64,000 nucleotides of DNA. Source: Candidatus Latescibacterota bacterium (lineage in GTDB: Bacteria; Latescibacterota; UBA2968; UBA8231). The stretch covers positions 2,752,001 to 2,816,000 of the forward strand of contig OZ242214.1 in NCBI GenBank assembly GCA_965206595.1, written 5' to 3'. Position numbers and translations under genes: made by a program. Below the pieces are notes generated by a model. That model did no database searches. It was not told the DNA's origin and saw nothing but the letters and a program-made list of their open reading frames with translations. Positions 60,738-64,000 of this stretch are shown piece after piece. The stretch's first letter is position 1, and each line of letters starts with the position of its first letter.

Positions 60738-62497
60738 GACGCTATCCTGTTGGAGAAGCAGGTAACCGATGAGAGTCGAAAAACAGCATCGACGCCATGC
60801 CCCGTGTTCAAGGCGCGCATCTCTTTTTCCTGCGACAAGTGATGTGCCCAGAAGTCGATCAGATCGTTGAGTACGCTATTGTATCGTTTGATGGTTCGCT
60901 CACGTGCAAAATCAGTTGCCGGCGTCTTGTTTACGTCCGTAATGCTGTCGAACACCGTACAAGGCTCGACGAGCAGCCACAGGCGATCATTGGCCCAGTC
61001 CAATCGAACGGTAATGCCCTCCCACCACCTGAAATCGGGGTTCCCGTTGACGACTCCGGTTAGTGTCCCGACCAACTCCCGTAAGCGGTTCCAGATTTCG
61101 TCTTCCGGGTCTTCGGGGACGAAGCGCCGGCGGCCTATGATGTTCATGCCTCTGTGACGGCTAATGGCTCGATTGAGGGCATCTCTCAAGAGTCCACGTT
61201 CGGCAGATTCATACCTTTGCCGCTCGACGTCGAATGCCTGAAGGTCGAATTCCTCAATGCCATGGGAATCGAAAGCGTGCCGCACGTCGGCGTCTGCTCC
61301 GAAGGCCAGCACGCCGGCTCGAGAACGGACAGCAAGCACGTCCGCGCCGGCTTTCAGCACGGCCTCGCGTACTTCGGCCGTACCACCGATATCGCAAACC
61401 AGCCGGCGGCATTGTGTCGGTGCATCGATGACAGGCAGTGCGTTGAGGCGAACGACCGGCCAGCCGCGACGTACATTCCGCTGAAGAGGCGCTGAACTCC
61501 AAGGCTGACGCTGCGACGCGAATTGGTCTAAATCCGTCTCGTCGATGCCTTCAGTAAGGCGAACCAAGTCGCGCAAGGTTTCGTCGAAGTTCTCGACAGG
61601 TACTAACGCCGCTTCGATGTCGTTAGCCTTACCACGATCCAACAGTCGCCCGACCCGCGGTAGTGGCGGGTCTTCCCCACGGTGCAACCAGAAAAGCCCG
61701 GAAGGGAAGGCTTCCTCGTGTTCCATTGCCTCCTCGAGCGCGTCCATGATGGAATCGTCACGCCCGCTGTATCCGCATACGACGAGGCCGAAGCGCTTGC
61801 ATGAATCGACCAGCGCCCTCCTCAAATGGGCATCTTGCTGACGCAATTCATCGTCTGTGTTCTTCAGGCGGCGAGAGCGGAAGTCACCGTGAAGCTTGAT
61901 CTCCATGGGCCAACGTTCGTCAGATAGCGACTGCTGGGCTTGGCTAGGCGCGTCCAAGTCTATGGTGGTCAGCTTGCTTGTCGTGCCGTATACCTTGGCA
62001 CAGGCATCTGCAACAAGAGCGTCGAAGTTCGTCGTCCACACCACGCGGGTCAGCTCGTGGCGCATCAGGGTCGCGAGCGCCAGGTGACCGTAGGATGGCT
62101 TAGCGCCTGCCAGTTTCCCATCCAGGAAAGCGCGTCGGTCCGACTCCGCCGGATACGCCGCTTCAAACAGAGTAGCGTATTCACCGGATGTGCCAGTAGA
62201 CGCCAAAATCCCAAGGGATTCGATATGGGCGTCAATGCGGTTCCGCACGGCCGGCTGGGACAGGTCCACCGATGCCTGGCTTGAGCCCCGATTCTGGCTG
62301 ATAAACAGAGCTTGTTTGAAACCCCAGATCATGTCCATGGCCGTCGGGACACCAGCAGATGCCGATGCGCCGGCACCGAGGAACCACATCAGATTCCTGG
62401 CACGTAACGAAAAGCGGCGTGCGAAGTCGTCAACTGGAATTTGCGCCAGATCGTTGGAGCTTTGGGTGGAAATAACCAGGGGTTCAGAACCACTCAT
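60734..62497 (-). CDS. SIR2-APAZ NADase effector (SPARSA)
   Basis: FLGAGAS, WTTNFD, KLHGDF, GYSGRD; C-terminal VRLNALP...RYN APAZ-like region; overlaps the Ago start. Confidence 0.92.
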   Translation of the reverse strand: MSGSEPLVISTQSSNDLAQIPVDDFARRFSLRARNLMWFLGAGASASAGVPTAMDMIWGFKQALFISQNRGSSQASVDLSQPAVRNRIDAHIESLGILASTGTSGEYATLFEAAYPAESDRRAFLDGKLAGAKPSYGHLALATLMRHELTRVVWTTNFDALVADACAKVYGTTSKLTTIDLDAPSQAQQSLSDERWPMEIKLHGDFRSRRLKNTDDELRQQDAHLRRALVDSCKRFGLVVCGYSGRDDSIMDALEEAMEHEEAFPSGLFWLHRGEDPPLPRVGRLLDRGKANDIEAALVPVENFDETLRDLVRLTEGIDETDLDQFASQRQPWSSAPLQRNVRRGWPVVRLNALPVIDAPTQCRRLVCDIGGTAEVREAVLKAGADVLAVRSRAGVLAFGADADVRHAFDSHGIEEFDLQAFDVERQRYESAERGLLRDALNRAISRHRGMNIIGRRRFVPEDPEDEIWNRLRELVGTLTGVVNGNPDFRWWEGITVRLDWANDRLWLLVEPCTVFDSITDVNKTPATDFARERTIKRYNSVLNDLIDFWAHHLSQEKEMRALNTGHGVDAVFRLSSVTCFSNRIAS

Positions 62498-62543
62498 ACT
62501 TGAATTTGGGTAACGGCAGTATCAGCAGCCGTTCGCCTATTGA

Positions 62544-62726
62544 TTACGGGATTGAATCAGCGAATTCTCTCGCGGTTTCAATCCAGAGAGCCATCGCTTG
62601 ATTTACGTTTCTGAGAACAGCTTCTTGCGTGTCCCCATAAGCCATGCATCCGGGAAGCTCGGGCACTTCAGCCACGAAAGCGCCATCGTCGTTGCTCCAA
62701 TAGAGAATAATCCCGTACTTGTACAT
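62544..62726 (-). CDS. hicB: HicB-family antitoxin (short, orphan)
   Basis: FVAEVPELPGCMAYGDT motif. Confidence 0.8.
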   Translation of the reverse strand: MYKYGIILYWSNDDGAFVAEVPELPGCMAYGDTQEAVLRNVNQAMALWIETAREFADSIP

Positions 62727-62774
62727 CAGTTCTGTTGTCTTGGCTTGGCCATATCGTTGGCCTGTGTGTAGCCG

Positions 62775-63440
62775 CTATGCCGGATTATCCGCGATAAATC
62801 TTTCCACGAAGGTATGAGCATCTTTGGCATCATCAAGGGTAATCGCCGAACCCTTGCCGTGAGCAGCATCGTTGCGAAGGTCGCCGATGGATTGGATGCG
62901 TCGCCATCTCGGTTGATCATAGGCATTATCGCGAAGCAGGTCATTGTATTTTGAAATGCTTCCTCTCTTTGGCAATACAAGGCCACGTGCCTGGATCATT
63001 TTTTGTAAATGATCTTCCAGAACGCCGCCTGTAAGTACTAAAGCGGCAACATGATAATCGGCATCAAGAAGTTCAGATGCTTGTGCAAGGAAGTCATCGT
63101 GAATGTTGGCACGCAGTCTGGATTCAAGTGATTGCAACAATCCTTGACTGACCGAATCTCGAAGGGCGATAAGCACGCCAGTTACGGTCGGGATAAATGA
63201 TTTATCATTGCCGGCATCCGCAAGTTGGAATGATACACGTTCTTGCGGAATGTTTCCATAGTACTGGCTGTCCTTGCCTGCAATTCGTTCGATGGCAGCG
63301 AGAGCGGAAGTAACAAATGCTCTAAGCTCTGCTTCCGGTACACTTGACTCGTATGTGTATTCTCTCAATTGAAACGACCCGGCCAGTCGATTGCCCGTTT
63401 TAATGAGTTCGTCAAGCTGGGTCAAAACTTCCTTTTCCAT
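62775..63440 (-). CDS. HEPN/DUF4145-like protein
   Basis: AALVLTGGVLEDHL and LRNDAAHG (RxxxxH). Confidence 0.78.
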   Translation of the reverse strand: MEKEVLTQLDELIKTGNRLAGSFQLREYTYESSVPEAELRAFVTSALAAIERIAGKDSQYYGNIPQERVSFQLADAGNDKSFIPTVTGVLIALRDSVSQGLLQSLESRLRANIHDDFLAQASELLDADYHVAALVLTGGVLEDHLQKMIQARGLVLPKRGSISKYNDLLRDNAYDQPRWRRIQSIGDLRNDAAHGKGSAITLDDAKDAHTFVERFIADNPA

Positions 63441-63470
63441 AGATATTGCTCCTTGGATCAGAGAGGTGCA

Positions 63471-64000
63471 TTAAAGACACCGCACGTTCCCGAGACCGTG
63501 CTGCTCCAGAATGGCGGAGAGGTTGGTCTTGGCGACGTCATCCACAAAAGCGCTGTCGCGGAAGATCACCGTGGCGTCAACCGTGGGTTCGAGTTGCTTG
63601 TCCCACTCGACAATGCCAAATGCCAGCGACTCCACCTCCTCTCGGGCGATGTGATCGTCGAGGCAGACGATCAACGTGCCCCCGCCGATGCATCGCACAG
63701 ACTTTCCAGCGACGGTTCGGGTCTCGATCGGTACGCAGAGATCGAAGCCCAGCTTGAGCAGCACCTCGTAAAGGATGTCGTTTTCACTTCGATCCGCCTT
63801 GATGTGCTCTATGCTATCGAGGAGCGCCCCCTCCAGATCATCATGGGCTGGCTCCCAAGTCCGAATGTTTGAGGTATCCAGCTTGAAAACTCGGAAGCTG
63901 AAAACTCGGAAGCCAAGGTCGCCTACGAAAAGCTTGTTCTCCTCTCTAATTCTTTTTTTGGAGCGGCGAAGACGTTCCTTAGTTAGTTCTGCTATACTCA
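63471..64000 (-). CDS. mod: Type III R-M methyltransferase Mod, C-terminal part (runs off window end)
   Basis: Hand translation IAELTKERLRR...DLGFRVF(SFRVF)KLDTSNI...ILYEVLLKLG...FRDSAFVDDVAKTN. Confidence 0.9.
   Translation of the reverse strand, partial: SIAELTKERLRRSKKRIREENKLFVGDLGFRVFSFRVFKLDTSNIRTWEPAHDDLEGALLDSIEHIKADRSENDILYEVLLKLGFDLCVPIETRTVAGKSVRCIGGGTLIVCLDDHIAREEVESLAFGIVEWDKQLEPTVDATVIFRDSAFVDDVAKTNLSAILEQHGLGNVRCL
63884..63913. repeat. Perfect 2 x 15-bp in-frame tandem duplication in mod
   Basis: TGAAAACTCGGAAGC at 63884-63898 and 63899-63913. Confidence 0.93.

Noticed and set aside
1-64000. CRISPR array, rRNA, tRNA, integrase or reverse transcriptase
   Set aside because: I saw no regularly spaced repeat-spacer series, no cloverleaf, and no tyrosine/serine recombinase or YxDD RT motifs.

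Overview
Bacterial genomic window with three compositional blocks; GC contrasts were judged by eye. (1) About 1-23.2 kb is a lower-GC accessory/defence island. It holds an IS1595-family transposase, a lone SIR2-like gene, and two inverted copies of a 'conserved non-coding leader + XRE-HTH + CxxC zinc-finger' module that flank a secreted amidohydrolase. It also holds a 2-TM protein coupled to a poly-proline microprotein, a HEPN protein and a truncated ISL3. It ends in a decayed Type I R-M operon: HsdM is fused to a C-terminal PIN nuclease domain, an IetAS-like AAA-ATPase/S8-protease pair sits between hsdM and hsdS, hsdS is doubly disrupted, and hsdR is absent. (2) About 23.2-56.3 kb is a high-GC metabolic backbone: SDRs, an aldo/keto reductase, a TonB receptor, CRTAC1/ASPIC, NhaC, ankyrin, M28 peptidase, an enolase-superfamily enzyme, an NHL protein, a FlgD-Ig protein, a sialidase and VapBC. 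It has many frameshifted or internally deleted pseudogenes. (3) About 56.3-64 kb is a Type III R-M locus with a HEPN protein, a HicB and a complete SIR2-APAZ + short prokaryotic Argonaute (SPARSA-type) system between mod and res. The gene repertoire suggests a Latescibacterota/Gemmatimonadota-like, possibly host-associated organism (inference only). The best candidates for undescribed biology are the HsdM-PIN fusion operon and the inverted HTH/Zn-finger modules, whose palindrome also lies upstream of the IS1595 transposase. All family calls come from motif recognition; no database search was run.
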